Shown in pieces: positions 39,696 through 52,353 of a stretch of DNA of 56,944 bases (the first letter of the stretch is position 1; each line of letters starts with the position of its first letter). The translations under genes were made by a program, and so were the position numbers. Under the pieces are notes generated by a model that was not told where the DNA came from, did not search any database, and was given only the letters and a program-made list of their open reading frames with translations. This DNA comes from Chromera velia (lineage: Eukaryota), in the NCBI GenBank assembly GCA_018398765.1, contig JAHBMJ010000103.1:1-56944 (forward strand), read 5' to 3'.

Positions 39696-40608
39696 CCCGA
39701 TCTCTCCCTCCCGTTTCTCTCAACACACACTCAGCCGTCACACAGATTCAGCGTCTCTGTTGCGGTCTCGACGGTCGTGCTCTCTCAACGTTTCGCACCC
39801 CAGTGAAGCAAAGCACTCCCCGTCTCCTTTTCACAATGAAGATAGAAAGCCTACTAAAAGAAACTCACGCGGCGCTGCGGCCGTCTTGGCACTCTCACTC
39901 ACGAATACGGGAAGAAGATTGACTGACAGCCTTGTAGTTCGCTGAATGGGTGAGAAAGAAGATATGAGGCTAGCTGTGCTGCTCGGCCGGTTCTGGCTAG
40001 CTCTGCTACGTACGTCATGCTACGTCTTAGACTGCATTTTCGGTTTCAGCTTGAAGTGCAAACTTGCCTTCCGGGGCCGCGTTGGCTGCCATTTTGGCCC
40101 CGCAAAGATGCGCTGCATGGATGATCCCGGAAAGAGTCAGATTTGGAAATTGAGTTGCCAGGCTACCACATGTATCGCACAATCGATACACTTTCGAAAC
40201 ACATTTGTATCTTCCTCGTCTTTTCATCTCTCACTGGCGCTGTTGTGTTGACTTTCACCCTTCCCAATCCTCCAAAGTAGATGCCCTGTGTAAAGAAACT
40301 GTCATTCTTGGATGGAAAGAGACTTGAGGCCTGGTAGACCGGCAAACAGCGTTTTTGGCTTTGCGCAACACTTCAGGTAGTATAGAGACCTCAACCTTGT
40401 TGGTCTCTCTTTGTGCCAGATAAAAAGTCCTTTTGCTGCTCTGCACCGCTCTTCCATTTCGATTGAGCACTAGAAGTGATCAAGTGGCTCAGGCGACTTT
40501 CCTCGTTGCTTTTTGGGAGGCACGCGGAACATCTTTCTTTTACAGGGAAGTAAAAACCTCTGTACAGAAATCAACCCAACAAAGAAGCAGCGAAAACAGA
40601 GAGCATAG

Positions 40609-42702
<2,094 letters not shown>

Positions 42703-42827
42703 TAGATTTCAGGGAGGAAGCTAGGCAGTGGATCTTTTTCCGGTGCCTGTTGTGCTGTTCTGAGTGCTTCCATTTCATAGGCGTACCTTGTAAGTTCTTC
42801 CTGGCATCCATCGGTCCTCTTTCACCT

Positions 42828-43035
42828 CATCTTTGCTTTTGGTTTCCGTCTGCCTTCATCTTTGCTTCTGGTTTCCGTCTGCCTTCATCTTTGCTTCTGG
42901 TTTCCGTCTGCCTTCATCTTTGCTTTTGGTTTCCGTCTGCCTTCATCTTTGCTTCTGGTTTCCGTCTGCCTTCATCTTTGCTTCTGGTTTCCGTCTGCCT
43001 TCATCTTTGCTTTTGGTTTCCGTCTGCCTTCATCT
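42828..43035. repeat. 29-bp minisatellite, about 7 copies (catctttgcttYtggtttccgtctgcctt)
   Basis: Directly visible head-to-tail copies with no spacers. Confidence 0.95.
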
Positions 43036-43526
43036 GTTGGCATCCTTGTGTATTCAATGCTTTTTGCTCATTTGCAAAAGTTGACGTCTTTTGTTAATTT
43101 CTGCAGGGGGGCAAGGAAAGGGAGAGGTCCCGATCGCGAGAGGCAGAGAGAACTCGGGACTCGGAGGTCTGTCTGTTCTTTCTCTTCGTTGTTTCTGTCT
43201 GCTTTTCTTTGTTTGTATATCCGTCCTTTTCTGCATGTTTCCTTTTCTGTCTATCTCTCTTTCTCGCGCGCTCTCTCTCCCTCTCTCTCTTCCCCCCCCT
43301 CTCTCTCTTCCCCCCCCTCTCTTAATTGTTCTGCGGCCTCCAATGCTCTTTCTTCGTTCTTCTTCTAGTTGTGGTCATGCCATTTTGTGGACCCACATCG
43401 TCACTTTTTGGTTTCCCCCCCCTTCGTTCATTTTCTTGAGGGCGCTTTCCGGGACGTAAGCTGTGTTTTTTTCTCTTCTCTACCCTTCTTCTCTGCTCTC
43501 TGTCATTCTCTCTGAGTAATTAATGA

Positions 43527-43715
<189 letters not shown>

Positions 43716-45249
43716 TAGCCAGCTAGTTTGTTGGTATGTGCACTTCTGGCCTGAACCCGCATAGATCCTCGAGACGCAGATGGATGCACTTTGTGAAGAT
43801 CGGTTCCCATGTTTTGTGCGTGCACATGGAGACGGCAGACGGAGAAGGTAGCTGACAGAGTGAACAGACTGAAGCAAGCGAATTAGTTTTTTGTTTTATT
43901 CTTCTGTAGGCTTGGTGCTTCTCGTGAATTTTCACAGAGGGCTGTCTCTCTTTGCATTCTTTCTCGGGTACGTGAGTGACACAGAGCGGCTCCCCCTCCG
44001 CCTGCTCTGAGGGAACGGTGAACTGGACTTATTTATAAGAGAAGGAAAAGAAGGGCGTTAGTTGTATGTCCATGAACCTGTTCTTCTCTCTTTGCCTTTC
44101 TCTTTTTGGTGTTCGAACTGCTCCTTGCAGGTCCGCCTTGTCAGGAAGAGACTCCCATGGCGGAAAGTTGAGCGAGGACCGATCGGCTGGGGTTCAGAGA
44201 TAGGAAATGCACCCACAGAGGGAGGGAAAAGGGGAGAGCAGGAGAGAGAGTCTCCAGTTGACTCTGGCTTTCTATTTCGCGTTCCTCTGTGCATTTCTGT
44301 TCTGTGTTTGTCTGTTTTCATCCGTCTCTTCCATTTGTTTATTTTTAAAACGACGGGGTGAGTGAAGGGAAATTCAAGTCTTTAGACGTTGCATGGTTAC
44401 TCCGTGGGCGAGTCGGTCGGTGGGTGGGTTCTCGACTGGCATTCTCACTCCCTCCCTTAAGTCCGAGGCGATGATGATGCAATGAAAGTTGTCTGCATGC
44501 ATGCCCAAAAAAGAGAACAAAACACGGAAACAAGAGAGCAGAGAAGCATGCAAAGCCGAAGGGGGAAGGGTGCAGAAAAGATCACTTGCTCGAATTCCAC
44601 TCGCGGACGAATTCGTTCCCGCGTATTTGTATTCTCTCTTCCTTTTCCATAGAGCCCTCACTCGCTTCCACCCTATGCCACTTCTCTCTCACGTACACAG
44701 TGAGAGCAAGAAAATAAGGGGGGTTGGTCCACCTCCGATAGACACTGCATGCCCCCCATTTTTATTCCTCTAACACACAGCTCCTCATGTCGAAACACAA
44801 GCGTCTTCTTTCACTAGACACACATGCAGTCTCTGTCACCCAAACTCCCGGGCAGTCCTGCCTGCTTGTCTCTCGACTGCACTTGCAGCATGCGACTGCC
44901 GGTCAGACACCGTTGAAGTGGAAGAAGAAAGAAGAACCTGCAGGAAGCGGGTCGAAAAAAGGTGTACATGATGCAATGACATGCATGCATGCAAGTCAGC
45001 CTGAGGGAAGACTGCATGAGAGGCCCGCCAGCCTTACGTTGCAGGCTTGTGCAGGCCCATCAGCAGCTCTCTTTGTTGCAAACTTCTTTCTCTGCCGATA
45101 GCGCAAAGGCGTCATTGTTTAATTAATTCAAGGCTGTTCTTCCATGCAGCGTGTAATTCAATCAGCATACTATGGCCTTTTTCCAGCATGCACCGGCCTG
45201 CTGTCGTTTTCTTGCTTCTTTCAAGAAGAAGAACATTCATTACTATTCA

Positions 45250-45520
45250 TATACAGTGTATGATACACTAGTTCATGCAGTACTACATGCACTTAAAAAC
45301 TTTATAAAATGCTGAATATAAAATATAAAAGTTAGAGATAGAAATAAATAGAAAGCTAAATAAAGCTATTCAATTTAATTTAATATCTAGTTTAATATAC
45401 ATAAAAATGATTTAATGATACTTTACATATAAATAAATTTAATAAGATATAGCTCATCCTCAACTACTCAACATATCTTTTCTCACTTTCACATTTTATA
45501 AACACGCGGCAGATATAACC
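45250..45520. other. Short AT-rich island upstream of the HNH gene
   Basis: Composition shift. Confidence 0.6.
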
Positions 45521-46068
45521 GTCACGGCTATTTTTCTGCACCTGTGCGGGACGGATCCCGACCGGCGACTTTGGTGCTACAAGTAGCCACAAAAGCCGAG
45601 CACGGGACTGTATTTGCAGTCGGATTAACTTGGATCTTAATTTCCGTCGCTTGAACGCACGGCTTCACTCCGCAGCCTAGGCTTTGCCTTCTCATGCAAC
45701 AGCACATGCAACACGCACTGTGCAACATGCAAATCAGATGAGGTGTTGTGGGGACCGTTACGAGTCTGCGACAGAATTGCGACGTACGCTAAACATGTAC
45801 AGCTCAATTTCCATACACGATGTCGAGACATGTGAGGCATTGTGAGCAATGTGAGGCAGACTTCAGTTCTTTACACATCTACTTATTCCACACAGGATCG
45901 ATTCGCGACTTGCTTGAGGTCATATATATAGACGTTCTTAATTGAGTTGGGAGTCCGACCTTTCCGAATCAGGTGTATATCATGTCTGAACTTGAAGCGA
46001 TTCAAGTGTTGCAGAGAAGATTTTCCGTGCCTGTCTGTTGACCTGCATCGACACACCGTGCTTTCAAG

Positions 46069-48675
46069 ATGAGACGCATTGCCACGGCGCTCTCTCGTCG
46101 TGCTTCAGGCCATTCTCTTCCATCTGCAGTGACTGTCTCCTCCCTTCTCCAGAGAACTTCTGCCTACTCCTCAGAACAGAATGAAAGGCAGAGAGGGATG
46201 CCGTCCATCATGAATGGAAGATGGGGGGCTCGGGCAACGACGAGGCAGACCAGTTGTCACAGTCTTGCCCCAGAAATCCGGAGACCCTCCATCACAAGAC
46301 ACCTCGAATGTTCCACAAACAGAGTGCCTCTGAAGACGCGGGGCGAAGGAGGACTGCGGAACCAGTCTCCTCCTCTCCCAGACTCCCGTCTGAGCCCTTT
46401 CGCTCCTCTGTTCAGCTACAGGGCTGCTGAGGGGAGGAGCCTTCACGTACCCCGTATCCAATCCGTCTACGCACTCCTTCATGCTCACAGGCAGGTCAGA
46501 ACGGCAAGTGCCGTCTCTGCTGCCTCTGTTCAACTAGGTGTTGTTACAGACGGGGCGCGGACATCCCTGCAGGGGGAGAAAAATGGGGGATGTTTTCATT
46601 TTTCGACTCTGCCTGTATCCCAGATTCAAAGGGTGGAGACAGGTGGGGACGCAGCGCTCGACAAGAGCTCTGCTTCTTGCTCTGATGCAGGCACAAAGCC
46701 CTCCAGCTGTGCTTCTCAGAAAGTTGTTCGTCGGCAGAACCCAATCTGCCCACATGGGAGGCGAAGATACCTCTGTAAAGATTGTGGGGGGAAGGGAATA
46801 TGCGAGCATGGGCGTCAGCGCAATCACTGCAAGGACTGCGGGAGGACGCAAATTTGCGTGCACGGACTTCAGCGCTCTTTTTGTAAAGAATGCAGAGGAA
46901 GCGGCATTTGCGAGCACAGACGCCGACGTCATAATTGCAGAGACTGTGGGGGGATCTCCATTTGCGTCCACGGGCGTCTGAAGTACACCTGCGTCGAGTG
47001 CGGAGGAGGTGGGGTTTGCGAACACGGTCGTCAACGCACTCAGTGCAAAGAGTGCGGAGGTGGTAGCATCTGCGAGCACGGACGCCAGCGAAGCTCCTGT
47101 GCAGAATGTCAGAAAGACAATCCTGCATTTGTAGAAAGGCGCGAGAGGCAAAAGAAGAGGTACAAGGATGACTGTGTGTATCGAGTAGCACAAACAATGA
47201 GGTCCTCGGTATGGAGATGCCTAAATGTTCTTCGGAAAGGCAAACTCTTGTGCAACATCAAACGCACCCACGAGTACCTCGGTTGTTCGTTTCCCGAACT
47301 CAAAGCCCACCTCGAGAAGGACGACTTCCACGGCAACCCCGGAATGTCGTGGGAGAATTATGGGAGTTTGTGGCACGTTGACCATATTGTGCCCTTGATG
47401 TATCGGGGAGCAGACGGACAGAAACCTGACATAGACATTCTGATCTCCCGCTTACATTTTTCTAATCTTCAACCAATGTGGTCGGAGGAGAATCTCAAGA
47501 AGGGAAATAGGTTCGTTGGCAGGCTGCAATCTCTCCCCCTTTCCCAACGTCCAGAACAAAGAAACCATAGTCCTCGTGAAAGCGAGCAAGCAACTGTCAG
47601 AAGCATAGAGAATTCTGCCCTCTGGATTCGTAAAAACATAACTTCAGGGGAAAGACGCTCTAAATGCCTTCATTCACTCTCTCTGGCAGGTTCTACTGTC
47701 GCTTTTAAATGCGACCCTGACGTTCCAGCTTACGAACGTCGCATGGTTGGGGTTTTTGGCCGTCAACGGTTTGGGTGGGCATTGGGGACAAGGTCGCTCT
47801 GTTCTCTACTGAAAATACAGAGCAGATATTTGTCTGTCTTTCTCCCCAGAGCCGAGGGGGGTGTTTCTTCTTCCAAGAGTCTTCTCAAGTCAATCAGTCA
47901 GTTTCAGTCGGATGACATTCCGGAAATTGGAGGGGCAAGAGAAGGACCGACCCCCACAAGGGAGAGCAGAGAGAGCCTTGAGAAAGAGGAAATTGGTCTC
48001 GGCTGGCAGATTCCTCCACGAGCGGTCAGGGTCAGAAGTCTTTGTCCCCACGGAAGGCAGCGATACGACTGCAAAGAATGCGGGGGGAAGGGTATTTGTA
48101 CGCATAACCGTATCAGGAGATTCTGCAAGGAGTGCAGAGGGTCCCAAATCTGCGAGCATGGTCGCACTCGGAGGCTGTGTAAGCAATGCGGTGGAAAGGG
48201 AATTTGTGAGCACGGCCGTCAGCGCAGCCACTGTCGAGACTGTCAAGGGAGTCAGATTTGTGAACACGACAGGCACAGGAGTGAGTGTGCAGAATGCCAA
48301 AAGGACAATCCTGCCTTTGCAGCCCGGAGGCAGCGGCAGAAAGAGCTCAAACGAATGCGTTACTCTATCGACCCCGTTTTTCGTCTCAGCCAAGTCACCC
48401 GCGTGAGCGTGAGGAAACGTCTGGCAGCTGTCAGAGACAGCAAAACCCCTCCATCTCTTCGTCAACGCACGCAGGAGTACCTCGGTTGTTTGTTCCCCGA
48501 TCTCAAAGCCCACCTCGAGAAGGACGACTTCCATGGTAACCCTGGGATGTCGTGGAAAAATTACGGGAGTTTGTGGCACGTTGATCATATTGTGCCTATT
48601 ATGTACGTCGGGTCTGACAGTCAGAGACCAGACACAGAGGTCCAAATTGCTCGTTTCCATTTTTCAAACCTTTAA
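46069..48675 (+). CDS. Intronless protein with two [CxHxxxxxxCxxC repeat array + HNH endonuclease] modules and a mitochondrial-type presequence; second HNH interrupted by TAA (homologous frame continues to 48747)
   Basis: 7 repeats from 46747 and 5 from 48043. HNH: YLGC.F.ELK.HLE...GMSW.NYG..WHVDHIVP...HFSNLQPMWSEENLKKGN. Confidence 0.88.
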   Translation: MRRIATALSRRASGHSLPSAVTVSSLLQRTSAYSSEQNERQRGMPSIMNGRWGARATTRQTSCHSLAPEIRRPSITRHLECSTNRVPLKTRGEGGLRNQSPPLPDSRLSPFAPLFSYRAAEGRSLHVPRIQSVYALLHAHRQVRTASAVSAASVQLGVVTDGARTSLQGEKNGGCFHFSTLPVSQIQRVETGGDAALDKSSASCSDAGTKPSSCASQKVVRRQNPICPHGRRRYLCKDCGGKGICEHGRQRNHCKDCGRTQICVHGLQRSFCKECRGSGICEHRRRRHNCRDCGGISICVHGRLKYTCVECGGGGVCEHGRQRTQCKECGGGSICEHGRQRSSCAECQKDNPAFVERRERQKKRYKDDCVYRVAQTMRSSVWRCLNVLRKGKLLCNIKRTHEYLGCSFPELKAHLEKDDFHGNPGMSWENYGSLWHVDHIVPLMYRGADGQKPDIDILISRLHFSNLQPMWSEENLKKGNRFVGRLQSLPLSQRPEQRNHSPRESEQATVRSIENSALWIRKNITSGERRSKCLHSLSLAGSTVAFKCDPDVPAYERRMVGVFGRQRFGWALGTRSLCSLLKIQSRYLSVFLPRAEGGVSSSKSLLKSISQFQSDDIPEIGGAREGPTPTRESRESLEKEEIGLGWQIPPRAVRVRSLCPHGRQRYDCKECGGKGICTHNRIRRFCKECRGSQICEHGRTRRLCKQCGGKGICEHGRQRSHCRDCQGSQICEHDRHRSECAECQKDNPAFAARRQRQKELKRMRYSIDPVFRLSQVTRVSVRKRLAAVRDSKTPPSLRQRTQEYLGCLFPDLKAHLEKDDFHGNPGMSWKNYGSLWHVDHIVPIMYVGSDSQRPDTEVQIARFHFSNL

Positions 48676-48779
48676 CCAATGTGGTCGGAGGAGAATCGGC
48701 GAAAAGGAAATCGATATATCGGGAAAACACCCAAATTTTCAGTCTGAAGCCTCTCTTCAAGCAGCGATTATCCTCTGGT

Positions 48780-49950
48780 TGATTTTTGCTTGGTATATTA
48801 ATATTGCTTATCTCACTGTGCCTATGATATTCATATAGTAGTAATTTCATACGAGCCGCCTCCCTAGCCGCCTCCTCCAAATTTAGGCTCCAATTTTTTT
48901 CATTATCAAATTTCATATAGAGAGCCTTGCTTTCTCTCAACTAACTATGGCCGTAAACGCGGCTTCTTTTAATGGTCAGCATTGAAAAAAAGGGAAAACC
49001 TAGAACAATAACATCTCTTCCGGGCCCTGTCTTCTTTGAGTCTTCATAGCGTAAAAGCTTGCATGCGTGTGATCAGTCGATCAGTTCAGATTTGAAGCCG
49101 TCTTCAAAAGTTATAGCTTTCAGTGTTCAGGGCTTCCAATTGGGCTTCCACTAAAACACGGTTCCCTGTCTCCCCAAAAAGCTAGTCGGAAAGGCTAAAA
49201 GCTGGCAAAAAAACACCCAACAGCTTCCACCTCCATGCAATCGATTCAATTTATATTTAAAAAAACAATGAAAAAGAAGGAAAAGAAAGCCGTTGTCGAG
49301 GCTGTTATAGAAGTCTGGATGTAACCCTCAAATCTAATCTCAAATCCGTTTAGATGTGTAAATCTATAGAGCCTGATTAAACCTTAAATCAAATCAAGTC
49401 AAATCAAATCAAATCCTATCAAATCAAATCTGGTCACTACATATACTGGGCCGTCCAGATACATCTACTAGTACATCTAAATAGTAGATATATACATAGT
49501 TTAATAATTATTATAGCACTCGATCTATTTTTTCAAGTTTGACCCGGCCCCATTTGACTCAAATGGGTGTATAATGATTTGATATCAGTTCTTAGTATGT
49601 CCGCCTCACTCTTGTTCTTCCACCTTTACGCAACATTGCACTCAGAAATCTATATAGTCAGAAATTCAAAAATTTTATTTATGCTAATTTATCAATCTAT
49701 GATATTCAATAGAAAATACAGTATATCTATAGCAGTACATCTAATTTTACGTCTATATATGATGAAAAATATCATTGATAAATGATTGAAAAAAAATACA
49801 AGTTATTTGTACACTCCCCAGGCTGTGACTAGTTGTAACACGATACCATGCAGGCTCGATGTGCATGTTTTCACTAGATGTTTTCAAGCCTAAAATTTTT
49901 GATCACTGAAAAAAAACTTCAAAATTTTTCTTCAATGACTTCCACTCCAG
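48780..49950. other. AT/TpA-rich island with an (AAATC)n tract at about 49330-49430
   Basis: Composition shift and short pentamer repeat. Confidence 0.65.
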
Positions 49951-50055
49951 CTCCCATTGCCGTGCAGTAGATACTTCTTAATTCGAGGTTCCGCTTAACA
50001 AATTGAACAAAGTCTCAATCAATCGTCTCGCATGCATGCCTTAATTTGCTTCTGC

Positions 50056-51083
50056 TTACAGTTCAACCCGAGAGTCTCCCTCTGCTTGTCCACTGCTCTT
50101 CCCCCCTTTCCCCCCAGGAGAACCTCCAAAGACCAGACCACGCCACCGAGACGCAATCCACTCGAGAGGACGTTCCCCTGAATGAATGCATAGATAAACA
50201 AACAACAGCAACGGGGCCGCAGGCAGGCAAGGATTCAATGGAAAGTTCGGAACCGAAAAAGCAGCCAGCAGAGTATCGGCGAAGGCTTGTGCCGTGCGGG
50301 GTGCCTTAATTGAGAGGCAACAGAGGACAGGCAGGGACGGACAGGTATGCGCCCAGATTGGATTCAAAATAGGAAGAAGAGCCGAAGACACAGCGAGACT
50401 CTCGAAGAACAGCGCCGGAAGTACTCGAATGCACATACAGAGAGAGTGAAAAGATCTAGATTCACGCAGTATTATCTTTAGACCTACCTACCTTTGCTGA
50501 ACCACCAGTGCACATAGCTCCCGTGATATCCTGAAAGGAGGGCGTAAGGGGCGCAAGAGAGAAACAAAGGGGGGTACTGAGAGAACCCTGGGGCGCAAAA
50601 AAGAGAAAATGAATCAAAAGAACGAATAGAGACCATGGCAAAACCCGCGCAGAAAAACAGGAGCTAGGCACAGAAACAGGAAGCAGCATTCACAAAGCAC
50701 CAGACAATCCACATGAGAAGAGGACACAAATCAAAACGAATGGATGAAGAAGTCCAGACACCCTCAAGGATTAATCGATCTACGAAGCGCCTACATGCCC
50801 CCTCTCTCCCGATCTTTTTCTCTTCGAGGCAGCCCGCTGTTTCTGTTTCTCGCTCTACTTTTTCTCTGCCTACCGACCCGTAAAAGCCTCCAAGTCCGCC
50901 TTATCCCCGATCTCTCTTTTGATTCTTTCGTGAAAAGCCACGCCCTCATCTAAGAGGGTGTCCCTCAGCATCACGGCTGCGCGCAGTCGACATTGACAGA
51001 AAAACTAGATGACCAAACACGTAGGATGGACACAGGGATACACAACCCTCAGGTGCCCTGGCATCGACGTCCTCGTAGCACGT

Positions 51084-51122
<39 letters not shown>

Positions 51123-52304
51123 TGAATACACCCATGCGTGGGGCTTCAGCAACGCCTAATGATGCCGGAGAGAAACTTCCGAACACGAACACACGATATC
51201 ACCAGAGCGGAGAGAAAAACAGATAAAACACTTGAAGACAGAGAGTCCACACCAGAAGAAAGAAAAGAAAGGTGAAGAGAATTCTCGTCCGACTCTTTCT
51301 TTCTCCTTTCCCAGCTCCGCTTTTGTGTTCTTTCCCGCTGGCACCGTTGCGTTCCACTCCCCTATGGTTCTCCCGCAGCACTACAAACATGTCGAGACCC
51401 ACCTGTGTAAGTTGGAGGGAACTCCCGAAGAATTCTCTTGGGAGTGAAAAGAGGCCAGGCTCTCCAGTCGGACAAGTCTCTTACCCCCCTATTGTACTGC
51501 ATTCGGTCGCAGGAAAGAAAGAGACAGGGAATGCAGGAGATCCACAGCGCTCCATAGAAACAGAGAGAAGAACATGCAGATTCAAAGGAGGATGAACTTC
51601 CTTCAATTAATGACAACAGTTGCGTGAATGGAACACAGGCAAAGAGATTAAAACAAATCGATGTGACAGAAAGAAAGAAAGAAAGAAAGAAACCGTTGAT
51701 TGTGACATCATACTCAAAGAGGAAGATTCACTCGAAAGAGGCCCATAAAGCAACGCCCTTCCTTTTATCTGTCACGTGATTGGCCTACCATATGAGCGTA
51801 GTACAGATCATCCTTTGTTGTTGCGAAACCTCTCTGGAATCTGCAGTGGCGGTTCAACCCATCCATTCAAGTGGATCCATCCTGGTCGTCCTTTCAATTG
51901 GAGTCGAACGATCTGTTTGCAGATGCGAAGAGAGAGAGAACCGTTTCGTCATCCATCCAGTACACGATTGTGATTACATGAAAGGAGAAAACGCCATGCG
52001 GGGATAGGAAAACAAAGACTGTGTAAGACTGAGGGGGTCAGAAGAGCCACCAGTTTTTGGGTTTCGTTTTTGGTTTCGATCCAGCGAGTTCCCCTGAATG
52101 TGACTGGAGGAGTGAGGGGATGAAACTAGGCTGCCCAGCCACACAAACGAAGAGAGGAGGATACGGAGACAACTGACGGTCTGAATTTTGTACTTGTCGG
52201 GCAATGAGCGCAAACAAACGGATATACAAGACCCAACCCCCCTATGTGACTCAAGAGCTCTGACGCTCCCTGGTCGCCCTTCTGTTTTCTGCACTTGCAG
52301 GCAC

Positions 52305-52353
<49 letters not shown>

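Noticed and set aside
42828..43035. 29-bp repeats as a CRISPR array
   Set aside because: Head-to-tail copies without spacers, no cas genes, eukaryotic intron context.
50056..50070. C-terminal RVEL of the hydrolase as an ER-retention signal
   Set aside because: The last exon is uncertain and the motif is only a partial KDEL/RDEL match.
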